The notes below the pieces were generated by a model that was given only the letters and a program-made list of their open reading frames with translations, ran no database searches and had not been told where the DNA came from. From a virus (Duplodnaviria > Heunggongvirae > Uroviricota > Caudoviricetes): 64,000 nucleotides of DNA. Positions 55,401-64,000 of the stretch are shown one piece after another; the first letter of the stretch is position 1; every line of letters starts with the position of its first letter. The stretch lies in the IMG/VR virus record IMGVR_UViG_3300042400_000444; one strand, written 5' to 3'. Made by a program: the position numbers and the translations under genes.

Positions 55401-58400
55401 ATATAAATTAGTTTTATATGATTGAACACGAATCATTTCCCATGTATGCGTGGTAGTCAATCGATGTAAAGTCCATCTACCTTCTTGGGTGGTATTTACT
55501 TTAACTAATACTAAGTAGCCTGCCGGAATATTAGTAATATCAACATATGATAATTCTTGCTCTGTTGTAACTAATAAGTCATATTCGTTTAGTTTTGCAC
55601 TAGGCATTATTTCTTCGGCTAATAACTGAGCAGTGTTGTATGTACTATAATATTGATTAGTAACAAATATATTATTAACATAGTCGATAAGCACGTTTAC
55701 TGCTGCTATTCTATCAACAAACATTGACTGACGTGGTCTAATGGCTATTCCGTAACGGTCAGCAATACTTAGGCTCATATCTGGAACAGTTTCGCCTGCT
55801 AAATCGTGCCCTACCAAACTATCAATTAATTTATCTACAATTCTGCTGGGTAGTTTATTGGCAGAATTATTGTATTGTATTAATTCATATTCACTATGTA
55901 TCATACTTGAATTTCGGATAAGTTCGTAATCTAAATGCAATATAGTATTAGTCGATGACAAATACTCACTAATATTATATACTATTAATGCATTTGCAGA
56001 AACAATAGCCGAATATGCTGTTCCGTTATTTTTTGGGCTTTCTATTAGACCCTGTATAACTTTGATTGGCAATGTTCTATTAGAATTAATAACATCGAGA
56101 GATGTTTTATCTTTAACCCAATAGTAGTATTTTGTACTAATTATATTAGTCATTGGGTCTACAAATATAACTTCTACATACGCACTATTATCAGCATGTT
56201 GTGGTGAACCGTTATTTCCTGCTATAACATATTGACTAGGCAATACATCAGATTCTACCCACTCTAATACTTCAATAGTTGACCCAGGGAATAGTCTTCC
56301 CCAGTTCATGCTTCTGTATGCTAACGAACCTTGCTCGTAATCTATGTAGCGTACTTGGTCTAAATTCCACCATACTCGACCAACTTGTGTTGCGCCCCAG
56401 TACGTATGAGAAGCCGTTGCTTCACTTGATCCGCGATTATAAATTGCAGGGTCATATGATGTTTTATATGTAAGTTCTTGTTCTGCTAGCCCTAGTATTT
56501 TACCAGCAGCTGGATCAATAAATTCTAGATTAACTAAAATAGTATTTGATACTTTGCTATACAAATAAATGCGATTAATAGAATCAATATCAACTGTTGG
56601 CTGTTCGTAACGTAATAAATTCCACCCACGTTGCCCAGTTGGATTACTAAACAGATAAATGCTACCACCATTGGTTATTGTTGCATCATCGTTTGGTGCA
56701 CTTACTACGATATGTCCGCCAATAACATCAATCGCAGCACCAAATCCGTCACCTGGATTTAAATCTGTTGGATCAATTTGTTGACAGAATGCGTAGCGTC
56801 CCGGATGTTCGACTTGATTACGTGGGTCATCATATAACTCGTATGTATATACACTACCGCTTGCTTTTATACTATCGTATATACCAGTAGTTTCGCTATC
56901 AAGTATTGTAGTATCGTTATCAAATGTAGTATATTTTCTTGTTGTTCCACGCTCACTAGCAATCACTAGCATGTATGCATTGCGAGCCAATATAACTTTA
57001 GTACCAAAATATTCGTTGGCATTTTTGTATGGGTTGACAATAATCTGCATGAATGCAAATATCGCTAAGCCAGCATCAGCATACACTGTACCGCCACCTG
57101 ATAGAACACGTAAGCGATTTTTAGCTACAGTTTTATCACTGTTTAATCTTAAGTAGCCTGCTTCGTTTACTGCGGTAATACCTAGTAGATTAGCATCGTT
57201 AATATCTTGTACTAAACTATCTAAACTTGTACCAGTCACAGTAATTTTAAAGTTGTCTAAGCGAATTGTATCGCCTGGGGTGAACGTTGGATTCTGTGTA
57301 GATCCTGTGTTAGTACCGTATAGTGTTCCTCTATTGTGGAATTTCCATACAGCACCAGTGTTATAAATTGTACCACTGTCGTAATACGGAGCACCGATAT
57401 AAAATGCGCAATTGTTTGAACAAATTGTTAACGCCGACCCAAATCGTGCGCCTTCTTGAATTGCAGATAAGCTGCCATCAAGTGAATCAATACCTATTAA
57501 TCTTTCTAATAGAGTAAATTTATTAGTTTCAATTTTTACAATATGGCCTACACCAAGCGGGACATATAATGTTACTTCTTTGGTTCCAGTTACATGATAA
57601 TTAACTGTTTCGATATCATCAACTGTTACTTTATGTACAGTCGCAATCGCTTCTTCTGTTGTATATATTATGTCGTCTGTACTGTTAAACGACTCAATTA
57701 CACGATCGTATACATATACAGCGCCTGCTTGTGCCATCGAAACATCACCTGTTCCAATTACTGTATCGCCAGGTGCGCCAATTCCAAGTTGTGCACCGTT
57801 TAAACTCGAATCAATGCAGAATCCAAACTCACTACCAGCCGGACCATCAATGGTTTCGACTAAAGCATAGTACGGACCTTGTGAAATTGTCAATGTATCG
57901 TTTACGGCTTCATAAAATGTTATCGTTTGTCCGCTTATTTCATAATCTATTAAAGGAATATATGTACGGGTCGCGCTTGTAATTAATATCGAATCAGCAT
58001 CAATAGTAAATGTAGCAACTGTTGCCATAAGGTTAAGATCACGAGTAAATGGCACTGTCAATGATGTCACTGCGCCAGAAGTAGTGACATTTCCTGTCGC
58101 TTCAGTTACAAAGCGTTGTAAGCCGTAGACATAAACTTTTGGAGTTGATTCGTAAGGTGCACCAACATATAACCAGTGACCTAATTCATCAAACGCAAAG
58201 CCATAGCCAAACTGTCCATCGACAGCACTGACATTGCCTGTAATAACCTGTCCTCTATTCCATACAGTTTCGCCTTCTAGTTTGTTGTAGGTATAGATTA
58301 AACCAACATTAGCGGCGCCGCCGGCACCAGAACTTGTTGGTGCGTTAACAGCTAGACGAACCTGTTGGCCATCAACTGCTGTGTCAATATGTGAACCATA

Positions 58401-61400
58401 GGTAAATGTATTGACACCATCCGGTGTTATAGTTGTAGTTCCAACATATACATTATTAGTTATTGTGGTTGGATAAACAGCAACATTAGATCCATTGATT
58501 GCAATATTGCCGTTGTTACTGCCTGTGGTTAATGTTGTAGTTCCATAATAGCTCAATGAGACATTACTAATATTAGCACCACTTGTTAGTACAGTTAAAT
58601 TAGCACCAGTTGATGCTTGCGTTATGTAATCACCAGCTGTTACAGTGACATTCCCACTTAACGCCACTGCCATGACTTTATCAAACACATTTACCGCACC
58701 TGTATTATTTGAAACAGATAAGTTTGCGTATAAAGTAGTACCAACAAAAATATTTTGTTCAGCATTGTCAATCATTTTCAATGCTTGGCCGTAGCCTATA
58801 TCTGCAGAATATTCGCTAGTTGGTTTTACTAAGCGTTGATCCATTTCCCACGGATGAGTTTTTTCGTACACTTTCCATAAGTTGTCGCCGGTGTCGTACG
58901 GTTGACCTTGCGCAACAGTCGTTGCTGCATCGGTATCAATCCAAATCTTTTCGCCAACTTTCCAGCCGTGTGGTGGGAAGTATTCACGAGCAGTTTCCAT
59001 GTAATCAAAACGTAAACTATCTAATGTGAATAATATTCCGTCACCAGTAAAGTTAGTTAATGTTGTTGTATCACCTGTATAGCGAACCATAAAGCTACTT
59101 AAATCTACAATTCTATATACTTCATAGAAGCCATCAAATGCCGCATCAAAATTACGAATCATTACTACATTATCAACCGCCAGTCCGTGATAAACATCTG
59201 TTCTAAATGTTACATAACCATCTAATGCATTTTCTACTTCTACAATAGTGGTATCTGTTTCTGATATTCTGAAAACATTCCAGTCTGATTTAAAATCTTT
59301 TGCGGTCCATATAGTATAACCACTACCCATAGTATATGTTAGACTATTTAAATCGGTATAGTTAGCAAGGTCGAATATAGTAGCATCAATGTCATCAATG
59401 TTTACGTAACCCGCGGTAGGAATGTCATTTGAATAATCAGTTTGGTCATTTCTAATAGATGCTATAGTACCGTCAAATTGATTAGTTGATTTATAAAGAT
59501 CGGCATTAGAAAATATAGTAACCCCGTCGGCTCTGTCAGCATTGCTTTCAGGCACAAATTCAGCAAGTGCAGGATTAACTCCAAATACTTTTTCGTCTAA
59601 CGCTATTTCTACGAATGGGTTAGTATCCAGTGCGCCGTACTCACCTACACGTACTGCCCACTCTTCGTAATAATCAATTGCACTATTTAAATTATTAAAC
59701 TGTGCATTAGTCAATGCTTCGATAGCATTACCTGTACCTTTTTGTGTGATATAACCTTTATAGAATTCAACTTGTGTTGTTTCATTCAAACCCAAATCAT
59801 CCAAATACTGGCGCGGCTTATATCCAATTAAACCGTGACTATATTTAACTTCGTCGGCGTCATTGAAATATCCATACGCATCATAATATGATTGTGAGCG
59901 GACTGCGTTACTTGCAAAGTTTGGTAGTAAGCCTGTTTTAATTTGAGAATAGTCTGCTGTTTTCCACGCAGAAAAATCAAATAATTCAGATGCAATAACA
60001 TTTTGCAAAGCAACATAATATTGATTTTTATATTCAACTAACACGCCTTTAAGGTAATCTTTTCCTTGTACCCACGATTGCACTGTATTAGAATTATATA
60101 TAAATCCAGGGGCACTTAAACTTCCATCCCAGCCGCCGGTTTTCTGGCCTATCAATTTTAATCTAAATTGTCTGTTACCAAGTTCTGGTTTGTAAATAAT
60201 ATCATTAAAAATCGTAGTATTATCGAATACCATTACATGTTCGTATTGTACTAAATCTAACGTTATAAGTCCTATAACTTGGCCGTTAGTTAATTCCACT
60301 TTTAAACTTGTTGGTGTACGTAAAACGTTATAATTATTGTTTTTAATTAGTTTAAAATTTTGATCTAATATTTTTGTTCCGTATTGGCTATCTGAGATAC
60401 CGTCGGTAATTGCACCAGAACTCAATGATGTGATTACATTTACCACAGGAGATAGTACTAAAATACTACCGGTTGCCCAGCCTTGTTGTGCCCAGAATAA
60501 GAATTCTTTGGCCGACAGTTTCCAGTTGCGTATTTCATTTAACTGCCCATCATTATCATTAAATGTAAACCCTTGAGCGTGTAAATAACGTTCGTAACTT
60601 ATTAAGAAATCAACTACTTGTTGTACGCTAGTAAATTCATAACCATATGGGACAGTTAGTTTAACTGGTTGATAATCATTATATACTGCCGCTTCGCTAT
60701 TTAATACTTTAATCTTAGATGCATTAGAGTTAGCAATACTAGGAATGATTATAAAATATGGATTACTTAAATCATATCCACGTACACTAAATCCGTTATT
60801 TGTTTTTTCGATGATAGCTGCACTGTACGTAAGTTTATCAACAGGAATTGATTTAAATAGATGCACATCATAGTTTTCATTTGGAATAATAATACTATCG
60901 TTAGTACTAGATGGTGAACTTTGTTCTGCCAATACTTGTAAATATTTTTTATCGCTGAACCCAGCCATTTTATATGCAAGATTAACTTCATATTTTTTCA
61001 GTAATGGAGTAATTTTACTACTAGGATTAATACCCAAATTAATCAAGTAATCTGCAACCCAATTTAAATAGCCAGCACTTCTGAAAATTGATCCAGCAGT
61101 TGTGTCACCATTGAATGATGTTGATGTTTGTTTTATATGATCATTTGTTAATGTCAAGTACTGACCGGCTGTATCATTGTACAAATAACTATTAACATCC
61201 ATGGACACGCCGAAATAGTTACCTGGTTTTGCTAATGCTAATGCAATTTGTGCAGCGTACGGAAACTCGCTACTGGTACGCCACGCTGATTCCACAGGGC
61301 CTTCATTGCCAACCGCCCAACTAGTGGCTGCATATTTTGAATCAAAATTAGCAGTTAATATTGCAGCTGGGCTTTTTAATATACCGTTTTCGTCCACTGG

Positions 61401-64000
61401 GATAATTGTTGACAAGCCGGGGCGAACAAAGTTTGGGTCTATCCCTGTACGGTTGCCTCCACGAATTATACCTGCCTCTAAGTCATCCCATAATACTTTG
61501 TTTCCACCCGTGTATGGTCCGACACCGTATTCTGTTTCCCACCAGTCTGGAATTGTTGTGAACCCTAACATTTCCCACGGCGCTCGATGTGGACAAATAG
61601 TATCATAAAAATATTGGAAACATGCTTTCCAACTGCCTGGCAATGCCTCACCATTGGTATTATCTATAAAACGGCTGTAGTTCCAGGTAAACGGGTCATT
61701 AGGATTAAATGTGTCATTTATGCTGTAATCTACTTTATTATTTCCAACCCAATTTAGAAAGCTACCAGATATTATTTGATTAATCTCAGTCAACTTATAA
61801 TCGCCATTTCTAAATTTACCGGGATTAACGGCATAAAGATTCTGGTAAATTCCAGTATCAAGTAATTTAATATTATTGTATATACGTTTCTCTAGCTCTA
61901 AGATAAAATCATCTCTGTAGTCACCGAAGGCCGGAGTCAAGCTACCATCGTGTCCACGAATAACATCAATTGGAGTACGATATGTATCGTCATTAAATAT
62001 TTCTGGAATAAACTTAGGATATAAACCTAACTTAGTAGGAGTTTCCGGAATGTAACACCCATCAGTATTTTGATATTCTACAATAGTAATTAAATCATCT
62101 ACTGCCAATGTTAGCGTGTCGGCAAATGTTACTGTTGGACTGTCTGTATTAAATGAATAATCTCTACCTAATATTAATTGTTCACCATTTAAATATACTA
62201 ATATTGCACGATTGCTTAACTCTGCACTATTAAATACAGAAGTAAGTTCATATGTTCTAACTAACGGATCAAAAACAGTGTAACCCGGATCATTGATAAC
62301 ATTTTTCAAAAAGCCGTACGGAACCATATCACTATAGTACCACGGGAATAGTTGACTTTTAATTTTATTAATTTCTGTCAGAATTAAATCAACACTCGCA
62401 GATGGATTAGTTGGTTGTATTCCGTTTAGTGTTGCACTGTATTCAAAGAATTTATTTTTGAATCTTGCATATTCTTGTTGCGCAAAGCGAATCGCATTAA
62501 TAAAGTTAGTATCTTCATTAAGTAAAAATAATGCAGCATGTGGAACAGGCGCACTGTGTTGTAAAATGTTACCGCCTTGTGCAGTTAACTCAATATCTCG
62601 TAGATTGTTCGGGCCAAGAATATTACCAATTAAATCTTTACTATTATGGCTTAACTCAACAACGTGATTTCGAATTTGGCCTAATGTCAATGAATCTATA
62701 TCAATATTCTGCGCATTTAAATCTAAATTTAATGGTACTTGATATTGCCCAAGCGTACTCACTTCTTCACTATAAACTAATATGTCAATTTTATCATTTA
62801 CTACTGGTGCAGTCACTAATGTTATTGTTTTCGTGATAGCATTAAATGTCCATTGGTCTGTTGTTAATAAAGTATTATTTTGGAATACTTTTAGATACGG
62901 AATAGTTGTTTCTACTGCTGGAGTTACATCAATAATGAATAGCGTAGATGCACTAGCATACACATAAGATATTAATTGATATTGTTTACTTTCTTCAACA
63001 ACCGTTGTCCATATAGTAGTAGGAATAGAAGTGTAGCGATCTACAATTTTATGTAACAGTCCAGTAGAACAGTGAACATTTGTATTATCGGTATAACTGA
63101 AGGTATCTATATTATAGTAATTAGAAAATTCAATATCGCCCTGTGTTCCAAAATTTCTATAGCTAAGTGGAAATTGTAAAACTGGGTCGGTACGTCCTGC
63201 TGAATTCTGTTTATAACCAAATACTTTTGTACCAGCGAAATCACTTGCTGGGTATGTTGATAGACTAGCGTCATTCCAGTCAAACATATCAAACAATGGT
63301 TCTTGCTGGTTGCCTGTTTTTAACTGGGCCGCTACCCATCGGTCTCCGTTGAACCACCAAGACGTGCCTTTAAATGTTCCATCTATAATTACAGTAGAAT
63401 CATATTGCTCTACTTCGCCGTCTGCAGCCAATGTTAATGTAATTTGTGGGTCGCCGACTGGCCGTTGAAATTCATCAACTGTTACGTATACTAAACTAAT
63501 TTCGTAAATTTTATTACGTACCAATGGATCTGCATCATTAAGGAATATAACACGGGTACCATTCACAACAGGTGTTCCACGAAATACTGTCTGATATGTT
63601 CCTTCAACATCACCAAACGCATCAGTTGTTAATGTATCTAATATATTAACGGCTTTTTTGCCAATTCTCCCATTATTAAATAATTGTAAATCTGCTTCAA
63701 ATTGTATAATAGGGCGTTGCGCACGTTGTAGTTGATCATATGATGGTGTAGTTGCATTATATTCTGCTGTTTTTGCAATTACATCACGATGGAACCAACG
63801 GTTACTGCGTGACCATGCATTCGAATCTATGCTTGCACGATTGATTGTAATATAGTCAGGAAATACTTGTCCTGGGTAGTTAATGGTTAGTTCGTCATTG
63901 AATGGCTCTGGTGTCACTAACGTAGTAACATCTATTAGACGAATTGCATTGCCAACACCCTCGACATAATAAGTATTATTTTGGTATGCAACAGAAACAT
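52467..64000 (-). CDS. giant baseplate wedge / tail structural protein (at least 3843 aa, 5' end outside the window)
   Basis: Frame stays open from 63917 to the window edge (VSVAYQNNTYYVEGVGNAIRLID); YINEVKPY motif, FG-GAP-like repeats, GTGYT.AP module. Confidence 0.75.
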   Translation of the reverse strand, partial: VSVAYQNNTYYVEGVGNAIRLIDVTTLVTPEPFNDELTINYPGQVFPDYITINRASIDSNAWSRSNRWFHRDVIAKTAEYNATTPSYDQLQRAQRPIIQFEADLQLFNNGRIGKKAVNILDTLTTDAFGDVEGTYQTVFRGTPVVNGTRVIFLNDADPLVRNKIYEISLVYVTVDEFQRPVGDPQITLTLAADGEVEQYDSTVIIDGTFKGTSWWFNGDRWVAAQLKTGNQQEPLFDMFDWNDASLSTYPASDFAGTKVFGYKQNSAGRTDPVLQFPLSYRNFGTQGDIEFSNYYNIDTFSYTDNTNVHCSTGLLHKIVDRYTSIPTTIWTTVVEESKQYQLISYVYASASTLFIIDVTPAVETTIPYLKVFQNNTLLTTDQWTFNAITKTITLVTAPVVNDKIDILVYSEEVSTLGQYQVPLNLDLNAQNIDIDSLTLGQIRNHVVELSHNSKDLIGNILGPNNLRDIELTAQGGNILQHSAPVPHAALFLLNEDTNFINAIRFAQQEYARFKNKFFEYSATLNGIQPTNPSASVDLILTEINKIKSQLFPWYYSDMVPYGFLKNVINDPGYTVFDPLVRTYELTSVFNSAELSNRAILVYLNGEQLILGRDYSFNTDSPTVTFADTLTLAVDDLITIVEYQNTDGCYIPETPTKLGLYPKFIPEIFNDDTYRTPIDVIRGHDGSLTPAFGDYRDDFILELEKRIYNNIKLLDTGIYQNLYAVNPGKFRNGDYKLTEINQIISGSFLNWVGNNKVDYSINDTFNPNDPFTWNYSRFIDNTNGEALPGSWKACFQYFYDTICPHRAPWEMLGFTTIPDWWETEYGVGPYTGGNKVLWDDLEAGIIRGGNRTGIDPNFVRPGLSTIIPVDENGILKSPAAILTANFDSKYAATSWAVGNEGPVESAWRTSSEFPYAAQIALALAKPGNYFGVSMDVNSYLYNDTAGQYLTLTNDHIKQTSTSFNGDTTAGSIFRSAGYLNWVADYLINLGINPSSKITPLLKKYEVNLAYKMAGFSDKKYLQVLAEQSSPSSTNDSIIIPNENYDVHLFKSIPVDKLTYSAAIIEKTNNGFSVRGYDLSNPYFIIIPSIANSNASKIKVLNSEAAVYNDYQPVKLTVPYGYEFTSVQQVVDFLISYERYLHAQGFTFNDNDGQLNEIRNWKLSAKEFLFWAQQGWATGSILVLSPVVNVITSLSSGAITDGISDSQYGTKILDQNFKLIKNNNYNVLRTPTSLKVELTNGQVIGLITLDLVQYEHVMVFDNTTIFNDIIYKPELGNRQFRLKLIGQKTGGWDGSLSAPGFIYNSNTVQSWVQGKDYLKGVLVEYKNQYYVALQNVIASELFDFSAWKTADYSQIKTGLLPNFASNAVRSQSYYDAYGYFNDADEVKYSHGLIGYKPRQYLDDLGLNETTQVEFYKGYITQKGTGNAIEALTNAQFNNLNSAIDYYEEWAVRVGEYGALDTNPFVEIALDEKVFGVNPALAEFVPESNADRADGVTIFSNADLYKSTNQFDGTIASIRNDQTDYSNDIPTAGYVNIDDIDATIFDLANYTDLNSLTYTMGSGYTIWTAKDFKSDWNVFRISETDTTIVEVENALDGYVTFRTDVYHGLAVDNVVMIRNFDAAFDGFYEVYRIVDLSSFMVRYTGDTTTLTNFTGDGILFTLDSLRFDYMETAREYFPPHGWKVGEKIWIDTDAATTVAQGQPYDTGDNLWKVYEKTHPWEMDQRLVKPTSEYSADIGYGQALKMIDNAEQNIFVGTTLYANLSVSNNTGAVNVFDKVMAVALSGNVTVTAGDYITQASTGANLTVLTSGANISNVSLSYYGTTTLTTGSNNGNIAINGSNVAVYPTTITNNVYVGTTTITPDGVNTFTYGSHIDTAVDGQQVRLAVNAPTSSGAGGAANVGLIYTYNKLEGETVWNRGQVITGNVSAVDGQFGYGFAFDELGHWLYVGAPYESTPKVYVYGLQRFVTEATGNVTTSGAVTSLTVPFTRDLNLMATVATFTIDADSILITSATRTYIPLIDYEISGQTITFYEAVNDTLTISQGPYYALVETIDGPAGSEFGFCIDSSLNGAQLGIGAPGDTVIGTGDVSMAQAGAVYVYDRVIESFNSTDDIIYTTEEAIATVHKVTVDDIETVNYHVTGTKEVTLYVPLGVGHIVKIETNKFTLLERLIGIDSLDGSLSAIQEGARFGSALTICSNNCAFYIGAPYYDSGTIYNTGAVWKFHNRGTLYGTNTGSTQNPTFTPGDTIRLDNFKITVTGTSLDSLVQDINDANLLGITAVNEAGYLRLNSDKTVAKNRLRVLSGGGTVYADAGLAIFAFMQIIVNPYKNANEYFGTKVILARNAYMLVIASERGTTRKYTTFDNDTTILDSETTGIYDSIKASGSVYTYELYDDPRNQVEHPGRYAFCQQIDPTDLNPGDGFGAAIDVIGGHIVVSAPNDDATITNGGSIYLFSNPTGQRGWNLLRYEQPTVDIDSINRIYLYSKVSNTILVNLEFIDPAAGKILGLAEQELTYKTSYDPAIYNRGSSEATASHTYWGATQVGRVWWNLDQVRYIDYEQGSLAYRSMNWGRLFPGSTIEVLEWVESDVLPSQYVIAGNNGSPQHADNSAYVEVIFVDPMTNIISTKYYYWVKDKTSLDVINSNRTLPIKVIQGLIESPKNNGTAYSAIVSANALIVYNISEYLSSTNTILHLDYELIRNSSMIHSEYELIQYNNSANKLPSRIVDKLIDSLVGHDLAGETVPDMSLSIADRYGIAIRPRQSMFVDRIAAVNVLIDYVNNIFVTNQYYSTYNTAQLLAEEIMPSAKLNEYDLLVTTEQELSYVDITNIPAGYLVLVKVNTTQEGRWTLHRLTTTHTWEMIRVQSYKTNLYWDYVDWYAAGYDSATKPAFSVTSLLDALKLPYAPDDIIKITNTGAGIWELVIVNAAYEFIVVGKQNGTIQLNKAKLTNVSLNQYTELRNIIMALRDDIFVDTLAGDFNKLFFELMNYLFTEQTYVDWIFKTSFISVVHRLRGLTQPPNYIKDNQSYYQEYINEVKPYSTKIREYLINYNSTDEYSGNVTDFDLPAYYDHDSGVFRSPSGEQIATDSSLWQTELYNQWYVNRHYHIHSITVDNAGTGYTDAPIVEIYGNGSGATAHALINFDTGEVTEIVMDSEGSGYSKQVVVRLNGSGSGATAYARLHNSLVRSVNTTMKFDRISYTSTVTEWAPNTVYVAGDIVSYDAVGYIVNASMTSPNKFIASDYTVYPSANFNNANDRIMANYAPGVDLPPKNLAQLIYGIDYPGVQVTGLPFSQSPGLDAGTFDFDIFDQVQYDLDGLPMVSDYAVDALIQSNYADLALGTRPEDIDVVGGAYVDKFSSHAPEELVPGIVFDTLNLQVYTKILGGTVVLGYRILHDMLHNPTYLRISSHHSTVLTAPLNINDSLIHVEDASVFATPNAAALIPGVIFIQSERITYYTIDLINNTLGQLRRGTAGTAASINYQSGIAVIDASDEQTMPDVVSSNVTHAVDHAYTITSTPPYELTFTDAIIPTFGDYITQASTGANVTVTAISTLTAETIQVSAILPVLQVGDIVTQSSSGTVARVTKSDSTKNYITLVYTAGQFTVGSGNISLNGVDANAYPTSASIRAVTRATVIKNNNIPFSYAAANVGLNSNITVTSGDYITQTYEIEPNVYITANATVQQSVTDSMYVSLVYADTTIFELGTSNIAINGGTVTSIHPTTSVYIANVSNQISINGTISSDIAPLAMNLLTASDSTNGYVTGPVDANGNVTVKANVTLKTDNAWYIPIPGVAPADGLGFQFTDSTQVLFLKEWPSGYPASFAIGDEELVNIVTESGIEIYGEFGDIDGN

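Noticed and set aside
1-64000. CRISPR array, tRNA/rRNA genes, integrase/transposase, introns or inteins
   Set aside because: I saw no spaced direct repeats, cloverleaf-like segments, recombinase motifs or interrupted genes; intergenic gaps are short. A tRNAscan/Infernal run would be needed to exclude small RNAs formally
1-64000. Stop-codon reassignment as in some jumbo phages
   Set aside because: Recognisable genes are full-length in the standard code, and TAG/TGA terminate complete proteins (e.g. 1688, 2543, 4215)

Overview
This AT-rich, gene-dense 64 kb window reads as part of a large (jumbo-type) tailed dsDNA phage genome in the standard genetic code. I see no rRNA, tRNA, CRISPR array or integrase. 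From 1 to about 25.4 kb, mostly on the + strand, are nucleotide and DNA metabolism and host-takeover genes behind near-consensus sigma70 promoters: folE, a Gpt-like phosphoribosyltransferase, queE, queD, RNase H/flap nuclease, a DEDDh exonuclease, denV, an FkbM methyltransferase, a desaturase, an HD alarmone-hydrolase-like protein, MoxR and vWA, HIT, DHFR, thyA, an NDP-sugar epimerase and a DegT aminotransferase. From about 25.4 to 64 kb everything is on the - strand: a baseplate-like protein of more than 3,840 aa that runs off the window edge, several Ser/Thr/Gly-rich tail-fibre proteins, and then a ~20 kb modification cluster. That cluster holds eight radical SAM enzymes (six with an N-terminal twitch-like Cys domain), four glycosyltransferase-like proteins plus a 939-aa GT-repeat protein, a NodU/CmcH carbamoyltransferase translationally coupled to an unannotated 33-aa PFIY peptide, and a dCMP deaminase. 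Two more radical SAM genes, one cobalamin-dependent, sit antisense inside the early region with their own TAAATA late-type promoters. The best candidate for an undescribed system is this late-expressed radical SAM/glycosyltransferase/carbamoyltransferase pathway. It most plausibly builds a hypermodified glycan on virion proteins; DNA or host-surface modification are alternatives. All family calls come from motif recognition by eye, and no searches were run.
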